DNA of 54,410 nt, filler included, from Bipalium vagum (GCA_037834085.1; 3 parts of 3 records of this genome joined end to end with filler, not necessarily neighbours in it), one strand, 5' to 3'. Positions 1 to 12,961 are shown, numbered from the whole stretch's first letter. Made by a program: numbers and translations. The notes: a model not told the origin generated them from the letters alone.

Positions 1-869
1 TTGTAAAAATATATGTAAATATTTCTACGTTTTTCATAATAAATTCTACATGGCTAACACTTTTGAGCATGAGTATACTATAGAGTTACAAAAGCAAAGC
101 TAAGAATTAATATTACTTTGAGATTAAATTAATCATTTAAAACAAAAGCAAAATGCTGCAGCTATACCGAATTAAATCCCAATATTTTTTAATTTAATTT
201 CATTCGCTTTACCAACGAAACATTTTAAAATAAAAATACAACACAGTTATAAAAAAGATTTAGAAATAAAATAAACATTATTTCCATCACTCTTTTTTTA
301 TCACAGTGACTTTTGTTTAAACTGATTAGATTCCGTAAGAATTTTGTATTGGATGAATTAATTTATTATAAAGTTTTTCTAAAGTTTGCTTTTCATAAGC
401 AGAAGCCAATATATTTTGTGCAAAACAATCTTATAGCACATTTTGTCTATCCATGAGTTTTTGACTTAGATAATCTTATTATTTCATTTTCCTAAATTTT
501 CCTGCTTTTTCCGGAACTAAATCTTTTAGGAACATCTTTCCAGAGCCTAATGTTTACCAAACCGGTACCCATTTAGAGAGAAACAGGGGTTTTCTATTGG
601 TGACATGTCATGGCCATACAATATTTATGGGAGGAAATCCAACTAAAGGTCCATCAATTTCCAAGTAACCTAAGGTATATGATGAAACTTACCAACTCTT
701 TAATTGACTAATTCTGGCGATATTCATTGGAATCAATTGTTTTATTTAATGGTAAAAGGTTGAAGAATTAAATATTCTTGTAACTTCAATAACTGTTTTT
801 GATAAAAATGAGAAATTTAATTTTTTGAGCTGACTCAATGGGCCTTGTCAATGATGAGTTACATTAAAA

Positions 870-1260
870 GCTACTTCAAGATATTCATTTTTATCACCAG
901 TTATGGTTTTTTAAATGATGCTTTTATTACTTATAAGGATCAAGGCATAAATGCTGGTTTTTTGAGTTAAATGAATTTCCTTCAGCTTATATGGAACTAA
1001 AGTATTAAACTTTTTAGAAATTCCCAAATCAATGAAGTTATCATCAAATATTTTGGATGAATTCAACTTCTTTGTCATCTGAAAAAATTGTTAGAACGAA
1101 ATTTTCTCGTTACATTATTTTTGGATTAATTTTTTATTATTTTCGACATGTTTCTGAAGTTCTTTTATAATTTTTACATTAATAATAAAAAATATATCTT
1201 AAATGTTTATTATTGTTTTCCATTTTCCAGAGTACGCCATAAAAAATTGATACAAAACAA
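870..1260 (-). mobile_element. Degenerate mariner transposase 5' fragment
   Basis: Minus-strand translation MENNNKHLRYIFYY*CKNYKRTSETCRK ... LGISKKFNTLVPYKLKEIHLTQK ... KTITGDKN matches the mariner N-terminus, WVPHEL and TGDEKW motifs. It has stops and deletions; boundaries are approximate. Confidence 0.65.
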
Positions 1261-1699
1261 ATTAAAAATTGTTTTAAACATTAATGTTTGTGACTGTACA
1301 CAATAAAAAAGTAACATTTCATATTTATTTAACTCAAAAAAAATTTTTTTTTTAAAAATCGAATTTTATTATTATATAATAATTTTTAATATTAATTATA
1401 TATTAATAGTGAAACAAAAATATAAACTCTCAAAATCATTATATTCGCAAATAATATGTTTAAAAATCATCAGATATACTGAAAAATTTGAAAAAAAGAC
1501 AAAACCAAAAGTAAGATAAACAACCAATAAATTTTATTCAAGACAATGAAATTGTTTATCACAATGAATTACAAAACATCATTCAGATTTTCAGATAGAA
1601 AAATTTCCTATTGCATCTAACTAAATTTTTAAACATAAAAAACTTTTTTCAATGTCACCCGTTGTTATGGGAGTATATCAAAATGCTAATAGCTCATTA

Positions 1700-3233
1700 A
1701 TTATGTATTTTGTAAGGACTTCATAGCTTGTAAATGAGCTTCCAGATAGGTGACTATTAATTAGTTTCATATCATTTAATCATCGATTTTTATCAAAAAC
1801 AGATAAATTTATTGTAGTTTCTAAAAGAGGTGCATCGGTAAGAAATAGTAGAATTGAATCTTTGTTCGAAATCATTTCTTAATACTTCTACTGAGTCATG
1901 AAAAAGTTTAGCAATTTCATTGTTTCAAGGATTAAACAATAAATAATAAATATTTTTAAAATAAATTTTAAAGTAATATATTAAAGTTTAATCCTTAATG
2001 TAAAATATTTTTTTAAATAATTTTAATAAATATCAAAGTTTTTAAAAAATTAAATAATTAAATTAATGTTAATAAAAGCTTCAGGTAATTAAATTGTCTA
2101 ATTAAATAATAAAGAAAGACACTTATTCAAACTATACAATTATTTTCATCGAATAAAAATGTTAACAAATCTTGACTTTATGAATTCGGAAACTGTTGAT
2201 AACGTGGTAGTAACTAACATGGCGACCACACCAAGACTTATTTTTGGTAGAATACTTGTATGCAATAAAACATTTGCTTTGATTTAAATTGGTCAGGAGT
2301 TAGAATTTCAATGATGACATAGGCAACACGTCTGCCGCTGGAATCTGTAGAATTATCAATCGATATCCATAAAATTACTTTTATAACATTTGTAATGCAA
2401 TTTATTGTCTCAAGATAAATATTTTGATCTAAGTCTATTTTATGAAGGAATTCCGAATTCTGTATATTTCTTTAACATTTTTTGTAGAATATCATTGCGT
2501 AATTTGAACAACGAAATGTCTGCTGCAATAAATGTCTTACATATATCCTTAGAAAATTGCGATTCTAAAGAATCGAATTTTCCGGATTTCTAAATTGTTA
2601 AATCTGCCTTTTTGATAATCCTTTTTCTTTCATTTGCAAGTTTTTTAAACATTTTAGCAGAAAATAATTCACTGAAAATTTCACAGTTGAGAATTTTGCC
2701 ACCACTTTATAATTCTGGATATTTTGACACAGCCATTCAATTTCTTGTTTCGACATTTCTATTAAAGATATGAAAATCACTTAAAATGAAATTAATTCAA
2801 AGTATGGAAATTTGAATTACAGTAACCGCTCGATATAAGCAATAAAATGAACCAAATAAATTTCTTATATCGACTTTCAATCTCTTAAAATTGATAATTT
2901 GTCTTGCATAGAAATAGAGCTCCGTTTATTTTTCTGCATCCACCTTGAATTTTAATTGTTAAATAAAGTTACTAAAATTAAAAAAAATATTATTAATTAA
3001 ATAGACTTAGAGTTATTAATAAATTTTAATTTATTGCTTATAGCGAATTTAGCTTCGCGTATATAGAACATGCCTATATCGAGCGGTTACTGTATTTGAA
3101 ATTATGTTCTCTGTTTAGATTTAATAAGTATTATTTAAACAAATATGTAAAAAATGATAATATGCTTTAAATATGTAAAAATATGCATTCAGAAAAATTC
3201 AAAATATACAATTGCACATTTTTGGTTGCCCTG
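1700..3233 (-). mobile_element. Degenerate hAT-superfamily element (CGGBP1/DUF659-like transposase remnant)
   Basis: Minus-strand pieces FSKDICKTFIAADISLFKLRNDILQKMLKKYTEFGIPS*NRLRSKYL, WISIDNSTDSSGRRVAYVIIEIL and EIAKLFHDSV...DSILLFLTDAP match the W.SIDETTD..GR.VAN and LLFLTDAAPYM motifs of this clade. A CAGGGCAACC terminus lies at 3233 (minus) with AAATATG subterminal repeats. The left boundary is uncertain. Confidence 0.7.
2820..3092. mobile_element. MITE with pogo/Tigger-type TIRs, nested in the hAT remnant
   Basis: TIRs CAGTAACCGCTCGATATAAGCA / TGCCTATATCGAGCGGTTACTG (1 mismatch), TA on both sides (2818-19, 3093-94), no coding capacity. Confidence 0.9.
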
Positions 3234-3466
3234 GTTATTAATACAAACAAATTCACCACTTATTAATTATTCTAAGTATTTTTAAAAGTGTAAATTTATT
3301 TTGAAAATTTAATAATTAAACTCTTTTTTGTTAATTTGTCAAACTTATGAATGCTAAATTTAAAAATTGGAAGAAAAACTTTTTTTTTCAAATAAATGAA
3401 TTTGAGAAAAATGTGATTTTTAATATTAATTAAAATTTCTCTCGAATTGGAATAATAAATATTGAC

Positions 3467-3579
3467 TTCTTTAATACCAGAATCTTGTTTCCGATTATCC
3501 ATCATGATTATTATTGGATTTGTTGAAACATTCTCTACGGAAGTATTACCGAAAAGATTTCTATTCTGTATTTTAACAG
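3467..3579 (-). CDS. Candidate downstream exon of the FN3 receptor gene
   Basis: Acceptor aattag|CT is phase-1 compatible with the 5042-5305 exon, and the frame is open: (A)VKIQNRNLFGNTSVENVSTNPIIIMMDNRKQDSGIKE. The donor position is uncertain (GAA|gtcaat assumed). Confidence 0.4.
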
Positions 3580-4099
3580 CTAATTATAATGTTTTATTAA
3601 AACAAAAAATTGTAATTAGTTTTCATTTATTCAAATTGTCATTTTTATTTAATAAATTATTTTTTACAAAATTTTTTCAGTCTACATAAAAAATTATCAT
3701 GTTATTTATAGGTGTAAATATCTGTTAAGATATATGGGATTTCAAAAAATCAACGTATTTTACTAATATTCAAAATATCCAACAGAACAACATTTATGAT
3801 TTGATGATGAGTTTTCAGATGTTCGATTTCCGTGAGTAGCTTCAATTTTTAATTTAATTTTTCTTAAAATTTGGATATATTTCGAAAGAGAAATAACATT
3901 CAGAAATCGTTGTTTTTTCTCTCAATTTTAATACTTCCGATTACAAACCTGTCCAATAAATTCATATCATAAAACTAAAATTTGGTTGTCTTAGAATTTA
4001 AAATTCAATGTTTTTCACAGTAGAATTTTTTCATATCAGTCACATAGAAGGAATAGTCACATAGACCGTCATGTTTGAGGTCTAAATTTTGATATTGCA

Positions 4100-4720
4100 G
4101 GTAGTTTAAAGGTAATCAACATAACATAATAGATTAGTTAAGCTCTAAAACTTGAAAATGGAAATCTCAAGAAAAATTGCATATAAAATACATGAAACTT
4201 CATTTTTGATATAGTTCTTTTGACATTTGTTGACCGGTCAGCATTTGCCGCCAACCAGTATAAATTATTCTATGGAGAATAATTACAGAGAAGGATTACA
4301 TTTACATTTTTAATCAATGTTTATATTTCTGTGCAAATCTTGTGCTGTTTTATTCTTTGGAACTTGTGATTGTCTATTATTCAATGCAAGGACAGGCTCT
4401 AATAACCCTTTTCAAACACGAGTCGGTGTACTGAACTAATACCGAGATTAGTAAAACCAGAAATTTCTGTAATGGAAAAAGTGCAATCCTGGTTCATTAA
4501 TTGCTTCGCCTTGATCGCATTTTCATAAGGCGTTCCAAACCGTGTTTTTCTTAAGGTTGTTAAGCTAATAATTTCTGTATTGCTTGGCAATTTATTGAAT
4601 CTGTATTAAACTTTTTGTTTGTTCATCACCATTGAGTATAACCTGCTGAATTTCCGATGCAGTATAATATTTTTTAGTTAAAACTGCGACAAAGAAATTA
4701 ATATATTCGGTTATTGGTCG
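4100..4720 (-). mobile_element. Degenerate Tc1/mariner transposase fragment
   Basis: ORF 4399-4590 TRFGTPYENAIKAKQLMNQDCTFSITEISGFTNLGISSVHRLV resembles the GRP linker plus second HTH. Downstream WLAANADRSTNVKRTISKMKFHVF resembles the post-DEKW region. Confidence 0.5.
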
Positions 4721-5041
4721 ATTATTATTTTTAAATTAATAATATTGACAATTTGAATAATTGATTTTAAAAAATCAAACAAATCTGACTCATCCATTAC
4801 GAATAAAGAACTAAAGTACCAATTATTCTAAAGGAATTTTTTAACTTTTCAGATTTCTATTTTCGAAAGCACTGAATTTTTTGAAAAACTATGAAGGTAA
4901 ATAAAATAAAGTGAGAAAATATTACTGCTTGAAAATTATCATTAAGGTCTCACTAAAACAAACTTAATTATGAAAATTAAAAAAAAATAAAATTTATTAA
5001 AATATTTTAGAGATTATATTTTATATAAAGTGTTATGAAAC

Positions 5042-5305
5042 CTTTTGACCAAGTTTCGATAAATCTTTTTATGGTTTCTCCTCTGTATTTGATATTAAGC
5101 TGATAAAGAGTTTCAGGATCCAAGTTGTCTATTTGGCATTTTGTTTCCGGTTTGATGGTGCAGGATTTTGACAGTGATTTATTGATATGACCGTAAGGAT
5201 AGTATTCGACTTCTATCTTTGAATTGGTGAACAATAAATTTTTTGAAAGGTAAATCGATATGCTTTCCTGTGAGATTGCTTCTGATTTCATATCCTCACT
5301 ACTAT
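5042..5305 (-). CDS. Exon encoding a divergent FN3 domain (LAR-type receptor-like gene)
   Basis: ttcag|AT...AAAG|gtttc; 264 nt, phase 1 to 1. Translation (D)SSEDMKSEAISQESISIYL...CQIDNLDPETLYQLNIKY...IETWSK carries the FN3 'L.P.T.Y' motif. Confidence 0.8.
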
Positions 5306-5732
5306 CTGAATAGAATAGAAAAATTGTTTAAATTGTTTGTTATTTTTATTGGTAATTTAATATTTATTTTGATTATCTCTTATGTCATTAGTTTGTTTAT
5401 ATTGTGTGGGTGTTTTACAAATTATTTTTAAATTTTATCAAAACTACAATTTAAAAATATCGAAAAATTAATTGGTTTACGTTTATTAATTGAAAAAGAA
5501 AAAATCTGAATAAATAAATAATTTTATTTTTGCTTTATTTTCGATTACCTCAAATTAAAACGAAAACAATTTTATTTTTTAAATAAATAAATTAATTAAT
5601 TTAAATAAAGAATATAATAATTTCAAAAATGAAATTTCAACTAATAATAATGATAAATAATTAAACGAATCAAAACAAGCCAATGAATAATCAAAGAATT
5701 ATAGCTTATTATTTTCATGAATTGTAAATATA

Positions 5733-6270
5733 CCAGGTTGCATTAGTTAAAATAAGACAATAATCTGTAGCTTGATTATTTCACAAAAACCTTATAACAC
5801 CTATTGAATCTAAAACAGCTCAATCATACTTCAACGAAATTGAAGTTATTTTAAAATCAACCATTACCTTTTAAATAGAAAGGGTTATATTTTGCTCCAC
5901 AATAATGCAAAATCACATGCTTAGTGATTAACAGCAAAAATGTTACATGATTTTAACCATGAAGTTTTACCCCATGCAATTTATTCACTTGACTTCTCGA
6001 CATCAGATTATCATACGCTCAAAAATATGTATACATTTCTGACCAATAAGATGTTTTGAAACAAAGGTGACATTTGAAAATAGTCTTTTTTAAGTTTTTG
6101 GAGCCCAAGAATTCTGATTTTCATGAAAAGTGAATGTATGACTTATTTTTTCGATGGTAAAACAGTATTTGAACCAGTGATAAATACTTGGAAAAATAAA
6201 ATGTGTCTCATAGATCTTTTTGGTTTAGTTTGTACATTTTAAAAGCGCTAATTTCACGGGGCAACCTCAT
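5733..6270 (+). mobile_element. Internally deleted mariner (C-terminal remnant)
   Basis: ILLHNNAKSHA...EVLPHAIYSLDFSTSDYH corresponds to decayed HDNA.PH / HPPYSPD.APSDY motifs. There are TIR-like ends (AGGTTG.. / ..GGCAACCT). Confidence 0.75.
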
Positions 6271-6335
6271 CCTTATTTTCACAAAATAATCGAAAATAAA
6301 AAGTAAATCATAAAATAATTTTATAATCCATTATA

Positions 6336-6393
<58 letters not shown>

Positions 6394-6420
6394 GTAATAA
6401 TTAATAATAATAATAATAAT
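6336..6420. repeat. (AAT)n microsatellite, interrupted
   Basis: Directly visible tandem AAT. Confidence 0.95.
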
Positions 6421-7763
6421 CACCCAAACCATTCCAAATAACTTGTGAGCTGATATTACTTGGAATTAAGTATCTCATAGAAAATATTCTCAAATTCCTG
6501 AGAAAATATGAGAAAAGAAGCGTCAGTAAGGGAATCAAATTACTCCTTAAACACATTGGATTTTCTGCAATTATATAAATGTTCAATTTCTTCATTTGCA
6601 ATTTCCCATGAGGAAAGTTTGAGATTCAGTGACGTAATTTATTGTATTAATTCGAAAGTTTTATTTTATGATAATTCCTTCAGTTAGGAACATCTTAAAC
6701 AAAAATTTATATTATTATTATTCTAAGAAATGTTTCGGGAAAGCCTAAATAATTGTGGTTCATTCACAGGATCTGTTAGCCCCAGTTGGAAACTTCATAT
6801 ACATAACAATTGGAATGGGAGAATTCTCCCCAATTTAATCCAGTAATTTGATTATAGGTACCACAGGGAAAACTTTGGAATTTGGAATCGTTCTCAGATT
6901 TTGAGTTTATCAGTAAAAAACCTTTTGTGTCATTATATAATAAAAAAAAGTATGTGGAGAACATAAATAAATATTTATCTTTTATACATTAATAATAAGA
7001 AAGAAATCAGAAAAAAATTGTTAGGATAACTCTTAATAAAATATAAAATAATAATTATTAAAATATTATATATCAATATAAATATGACTTTTTTAATTTT
7101 TTTGTTTTTAAAATAAATTTAATAATGATAAATATATATAAAAAATATTAAAAAACATTGTTTAATAAATAAATATAAATATAGACAGGAAATTCTAAAA
7201 TGTGTTGCACATTAATTTCATTTCAAAATAATGCAAATAAAAAATCGAAAAATAATAAAAATCATTAAAAATATTATTAAAATAATTTGAATATATAAAT
7301 AAAATTTCTTTAAAAATAAATCAATTTTCTTAAGTAAATAAACAAAATTTATTTTTATGAAAAAAATAAATAAAAATAAGATTTTGGAAATAATTTAATA
7401 TAATATGATTTTATTCCTAAAGTTTTATATTTCAAGATTAAATTTATTAAAGTTTTAATTATATGTTAATTAATTAAATTAATATTTGGGTTTTTATAAT
7501 AAATCTTTTTTTATTATTTTTATAAATAATATTTTATCTCTCCTAAATAAAAATATCTTAAAATTGCGAATTTTTAAATTAATATCAATATTAATATGAT
7601 GAATATAATTATTAGTATTAATATTATTTTAATGTAAAAATTATTAATATTAATAATTTATTATTTAATTTTTTTTATAATAAAATAATTTTAACAAAAT
7701 TAAATTTATTTTATGCATTATTTTATTTTCTTCATCATTATCATCATCTTCTTTTTCTTCTTC

Positions 7764-7767
<4 letters not shown>

Positions 7768-7804
<37 letters not shown>
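7768..7804. repeat. (ATT)n microsatellite
   Basis: Directly visible. Confidence 0.9.
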
Positions 7805-7806
<2 letters not shown>

Positions 7807-8247
7807 ATTAATCAATAAATCATTTTCATATTTCAATTTACAATAGTCTGAATAATTATAAAAGTTAAATTTATGTAAATTTTAACTTATAATAATAAAA
7901 CAAAACTCAGAAAGCCTCAGTAACAATTTCTCTTCATTAATAGTTTTTCCTTTTACTATAATAATTATCCTAGGCAAACTAATGATGAATCGAATTTCCC
8001 TCAATTTAAAATAATAAATATTAATACAGATTAGTAAGAATAATTTTTATTTTTTTCCTAATAATTATTATATAATTTAAAATATTTTAACTTCTTGTAT
8101 TACCTTTCTTAGGTGTCAGAAGGATCGTGAGGTACGTTTATTAAATCTAACAAAATATCAAGGGGGAGACATTTCTTCAAAAACGAATCCTTATTAAGCT
8201 CCGTATTAATTATCAATAATAATAATTGATCAAAAAATATTAATTAC

Positions 8248-8553
8248 CAGGAAAATGTGTTTTGAACTCAAATTTTGTCGAGGGTTTTATTTCGTCTTTG
8301 ACTATTGGAAATATTTCCAATATGTACATTGAATTTGGCAATAAATTGGAAATGGTTGTGAAATATATGGATTGTTTATTATTTTTATTAAGATACATTT
8401 TGTAATTATTTTCGGTCTGAAATTGCTGTCTACCAAATGGACGACAAGTAATCTTGAAGTAGTTGACTTTGGAGACTGGGTTCATTTGCCATGAAATAGA
8501 AACACTTGTCGATAAAGTGGAAAGTAGAGTTAAATTTTTCAGTTGATAGATTT
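8248..8553 (-). CDS. Exon encoding a complete FN3 domain (LAR-type receptor-like gene)
   Basis: ttttag|AA...CCTG|gtaatt; 306 nt, phase 1 to 1. Translation (E)IYQLKNLTLLSTLSTSVSISWQMNPVSKVNYFKITC...TISNLLPNSMYILEIFP...FEFKTHFP has the FN3 W, Y and L.P...Y pattern. Confidence 0.88.
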
Positions 8554-8989
8554 CTAAAAAATAAATTAAATTTATGAGAATTTATCGAGAATTTTATTCG
8601 CCTAAATTCCATTTAATTGGTGAAATATTATTTTTTTTTAAAAAATCGTTAACATTGAAATTTAATAAAAATATTGGTGAAAAGGATAAATAAAAGTACA
8701 ACTGGCCCTAATCAATTGATAAAATTTCCGATATTCTTTATTTATGTCTCGGAGATGAATATTTTTATGGATAAATAAAATATAATCTTTAAATAAAATC
8801 ATAAGTATCCAATAAAAAGCCGCGTTTAATAGAAAAACGTTTTATATTGTTCAATAAAATATTTCTGATCCCGCTTTGTATACGAAACTCTTCAAGTCAT
8901 CATTATTATTATTATTAGCATTATATTTTATTATTAAATGAGAAATGTATAAAAATATCCAAGAGAAATCTTTTGTGTGATTATAAATA

Positions 8990-9420
8990 TATTTGATATT
9001 TTTGGAGAGAGAAATCGGAAGATGAGTCTATTTCAAATGGGATGTTTCATTGACAAAAATTCTTGAAATATTAACAAAGTCAGACAAGTGAAAAGTTGAC
9101 ATAAGGATATTTACACAGATATTTTTATTGGTTTCCTAATATTCACCGTGATAATCTGAACAATTTTATTTGTTCAAACTAATCCTTGACACACATGTTT
9201 TGAGATTTATTGGTTGACATTTTGACAGTATGGCACAATCTTCTTTTCCGCACATGTTAGGTTAAAAATTATTTACTAAGAGAACATCTTTATCACATGA
9301 ATTCTTATGCATAATAGAATGTTCTGAGGTCTGACAAATGCTCAATTTGAAAATAGGAATTTCTTTGTATTTTATTCGAATATATTATTGAATTCAAACA
9401 AATTTAAAACAAGAACTTGA
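8990..9420 (-). mobile_element. Highly decayed mariner-like fragment
   Basis: KIVPYCQNVNQ*ISKHVCQGL resembles K.VP..L...QK..R..VC.D; little else is readable. Confidence 0.3.
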
Positions 9421-9890
9421 TTAGTAATCTACCATTGGTTCATGGCACACACACACACATTTGAATTACTGAAACCAACGATGAACTGTGGTGTTCGGTG
9501 TTTTAATGTACATCGAAAATCAGAAAATAATTAATCGCACATTTTTCTTATATCACATTCTTTTTTTTATTTACACCTTGTATGGAACATTGAAATTCGC
9601 ATAATAAATTAAAAAAACAATTTAATTATTTTTGAAAAAAAAAATATAATGAAAAAAAAATTTTTATTTTGACGATTATTCAAATTGACGCATATGACGA
9701 TTACGTAAAACGTTTTTTGATAGCAATTTTCCATATACACATTTCCAGGAAGTTTCGTGTGACCTTTGCATTTTGTAATTTAATATTAATATCTAAAATA
9801 GATTTTGACTGAATTTTATGAAAAATTTTAAAACTATTAATTAAAACAAAAAAAACGAATTGTATCTAAAATTAAAATATAAATCCAAAC

Positions 9891-10107
9891 CTGCGTCGTT
9901 GATAAATTTACGGATTTTATCTGAAACGGGACTTTCGCCCATATTGTTCTCACTGGTGATACAAAAATAATAATCTCTGTTTCTGTCAAGGTTCCCAATA
10001 TCCAAAAAATATTCATCATCCGGATCGTCAGAGACAACTTTAAGTTCGTTAATTGCCCATTGCACTAAAGGAGCATTTTTTCTTGTCGAATAAAAAATCC
10101 TATATAA
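9891..10107 (-). CDS. Exon encoding the C-terminal two-thirds of an FN3 domain (LAR-type receptor-like gene)
   Basis: ttccag|TTA...GCAG|gtttgg; 217 nt, phase 0 to 1. Translation LYRIFYSTRKNAPLVQW...IGNLDRNRDYYFCITSENNMGESPVSDKIRKFINDA joins in frame to the 18829-18929 exon. Confidence 0.9.
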
Positions 10108-10799
10108 CTGGAAAAATAATGAATTCATTGATTTTGATATTGAATTCAATGAAATTATTTAATTAATTGAAATCAATATTTTTATTAAAAAAATTAATTA
10201 ACAATTTATTGAAAATCGAAAAAATTATTAATAATTATATTTTTTATAAATAACATTTATTAAAAAGTATTAAACATTAATAAATAACAAATTACAGACC
10301 ACCATGAATTAAATAATTTATAATTTCAAAAAAATAATAAAAATAAATAGATTTTATTTCATATCAAAGATATATTTCCTTCATTTCTTTCCGTTAAGCT
10401 AATTTATTAACCCTATTTATTTCAATTCCGCTTATGAAATTTCAGATAATTTATATCAAATTATAAAGGACCTTTTAGAATTGTTATAAAATCGAGTCTG
10501 AAATTTTATTAATTAAAAAAGTCTATAAATAACAAAATTAAATAGTAAAATGTCATTTATTGTTTTAATACGTGAAATATGAGTGATTCAAGAAACAAAT
10601 TTTTGCTTGTTAGAATATATTTAATAAACAGTTTTGAATTCACCTTAAGCAACTTTTTTATCAATTATTTTATTGATTTTTTATAATTAAAATTTTATAA
10701 TATTTTACGTTTTTAATCAATATTTTGATATTATAATTAATTATTCTTTTTATTAAAAGTATTCAAAAAATATAACTTTTTATTCCTAGATGTTTTATT

Positions 10800-11230
10800 T
10801 GCTACATGACTTTCTGGACGCTTATATTGGGGTTGAAGCAAAAACAGAGCTTTTAAAACCACGTATTCCAGAAATCGTGAACATTTTATAATGTGAACTC
10901 AGGTTAGATATTCACCATGAAACAAAATGATGATTTTGAAAATGTCTTTAGATTGGTTTACTTAAAACTCAGCTTGTATGCTGACTGCTCTTCTAAAAAC
11001 TGTTCTAAGAAAATTTTTAATTCCTGCATGGGATTTGAATGTTTTCATTGTTCTCTTTAACTCCAAATCCGGAATACGAATATATTCGCCAGATTTATAT
11101 CAGGAGAGTACGGTAACAATTGAATACGATTGATTGCGTTTTAGTTCAAGAAATAATTGGTAAATTTAGATACATGAGAACGAAAGTTATCCTAAATAAT
11201 GCTGATGTTTTTCCTTCAAATAAGTTGACT
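10800..11230 (-). mobile_element. Degenerate Tc1/mariner catalytic-domain fragments
   Basis: II*DNFRSHVSKFTNYFLN*NAINRIQLLPYSPDINL matches QDNA..H / PPYSPD.N motifs. A second weaker IILFH...LQPQY piece follows. Confidence 0.55.
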
Positions 11231-11489
11231 TATACAAGATATGGAGAAATTGTGATTTTACGATGCTTTGTTTTAATTCAGTGATTATATATAAAATATA
11301 TATTTTGCACAAAATTTAATTTCGTTATTAACACTCTGTTTATTGACTCTCATAAAAAAATGTATACAGTGATTTTTAAGTCTATAAAATAATCAATAGT
11401 TTTCATTTATTCCTTTTCAGGTTTCCAGATAAAATAGTCCAATATTTAACATTTTCTTCTTTAATTTAGCCGTAACAAAGTGAAAGATC

Positions 11490-12050
11490 TATATGGGCAC
11501 CTTGAGTTACATTTCTGCTCTGCATTGATGATTTTAGACTAACAAATTGTAATCATGTGGAGAAAGGATTATATTTATAGGTTTTTCAATATTTGATAAA
11601 ATTGAAAAACCAGACAACCATTTTCTGGAAGATATGCAAAAATAAGCAACATTAACTCTCTTGAAATACTTCTTCAATTTTAGATATCGATTAGTTTTTT
11701 TTATTTGATTTATATTCATCCACACATCTGAATTTCTTAAGGTATGCATAACAGTTTTTTGCAACAGTTGTTATTTAATTTTAACAATCCAGAAGACGCA
11801 TTGCTCATTCACTTTCGATCTTGTCATGTCACCTCTATACTGAATTGATTATTTCAACCAATGAAAATTTTTTTAATCTCCCAAGATTTTTCTAGCAGCC
11901 AAATATTTTATGATTACATTAACAGTTTTTCCAGTATTTATTTAAAACATTTTATTTAGATTACGAAATTAATAGACATTATAAAATTGTTTATCTTCGA
12001 TTTGATTGGATTCGGATATCTTTACTTCCTTGATTGTATGCATCTGTTTT
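11490..12050 (-). mobile_element. Highly decayed mariner-like fragment
   Basis: SKVNEQCVFWI (K.M..VFWD-like) and LSPHDYNL (LSPSDY.L-like) occur in the expected order. Confidence 0.4.
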
Positions 12051-12833
12051 TGATTTTAATAATATTTTTCCCTTTTTTCACGAACTCATCAGGGCCAGGC
12101 TAACATGAGAATACCATCAGTTATGACAACAAGGTATTCTACCAATAGAGAGCAACCACATGGAGTCATCAATGGAGGAGTAACTCTGCGTCTCAACTGG
12201 AATTCAACTCAGTTTCCTGATCAAAATTTTGGTCGTTTAGGCTATCATGAAGATATCAACAGACTTGTCCATTAACCACTGTTCCTGATGAGATACAGCC
12301 ATAGTATATCTTTTCAGGTGGTTAAAATATTCCTCTAGAATTGGAATCAGCTCCCTGTTCAGACATCAGAAGGCATTGGTTCCAAATTATATTTTCGGAT
12401 ATTATGAGCCTGATGCTCATATTAAATGCTCTACTTATTTTAGTCATTTTGAATTTATTTTAATGTTTTTAAGAATTTTAAATAAACTCAAAATCTATCC
12501 ACAGTTACAATATTTTTCGAAGATTAATACTTTCACAGGTAAGTGGAATGTTTTAATCAAAGTTATAATTGAAAAAAAAATTTTCGTTTTTAATTTTATC
12601 ATTTATTTTCTGATTCATAGAATAATTGTTTCACGTTTTGCGAAATATCTTCACACATCATCATAATAAACATCAATATTGTTTTCTATTTTCTTTCCAA
12701 TCAAATTTTCTCAAAGAATCACATTCCCCATTTAATTCTGCTAAATATATTGATTATTTATTAACTATTTAACTATATTAAAACAAAAACGTCTTTACGA
12801 AAGAAATCTAATTTTAAGCAATTGGTCATTAGT

Positions 12834-12961
12834 GTTAATTGAAAATTAATTGAAGATACCGGGATTTGTCGGGGGGATGTAGCTCAGCGATCAGAGCAGT
12901 CCATGCGCATCTGAAGGTCCCGGGTTCGAATCCCGGCATCTACGATTAATTTTCAACTAAC
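12834..12961 (+). mobile_element. tRNA-Ala-derived short repeat (SINE-like), copy 1, with 33-bp inverted terminal duplication
   Basis: Core 12873-12945 GGGGATGTAGCTCAGCGATCAGAGC...GGTCCCGGGTTCGAATCCCGGCATCT has Pol III A and B boxes and tRNA-Ala ends, but the anticodon stem does not pair. 12834-12866 is the reverse complement of 12929-12961 (29/33 identical). Confidence 0.75.

Noticed and set aside
480-730. Higher-GC segment with a partly open plus frame
   Set aside because: No recognisable motif or consistent splice sites; left unassigned.
6420-6964. Possible Mutator-like remnant and a PCGTYN-containing ORF
   Set aside because: Similarity is too faint, with stops and no supporting structure.
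8100-8150. Extra FN3-gene mini-exon (minus strand, ag...gt bounded)
   Set aside because: There are stops in all three frames, and the flanking exons already join in phase.
12080-12420. GC-richer island, possible MULE remnant
   Set aside because: Only one weak word (ELIPILEEYF); the call cannot be supported.
12873-12945. Functional tRNA-Ala gene
   Set aside because: The anticodon stem does not pair, the D-loop GG and acceptor end are altered, and related truncated copies behave as insertions.
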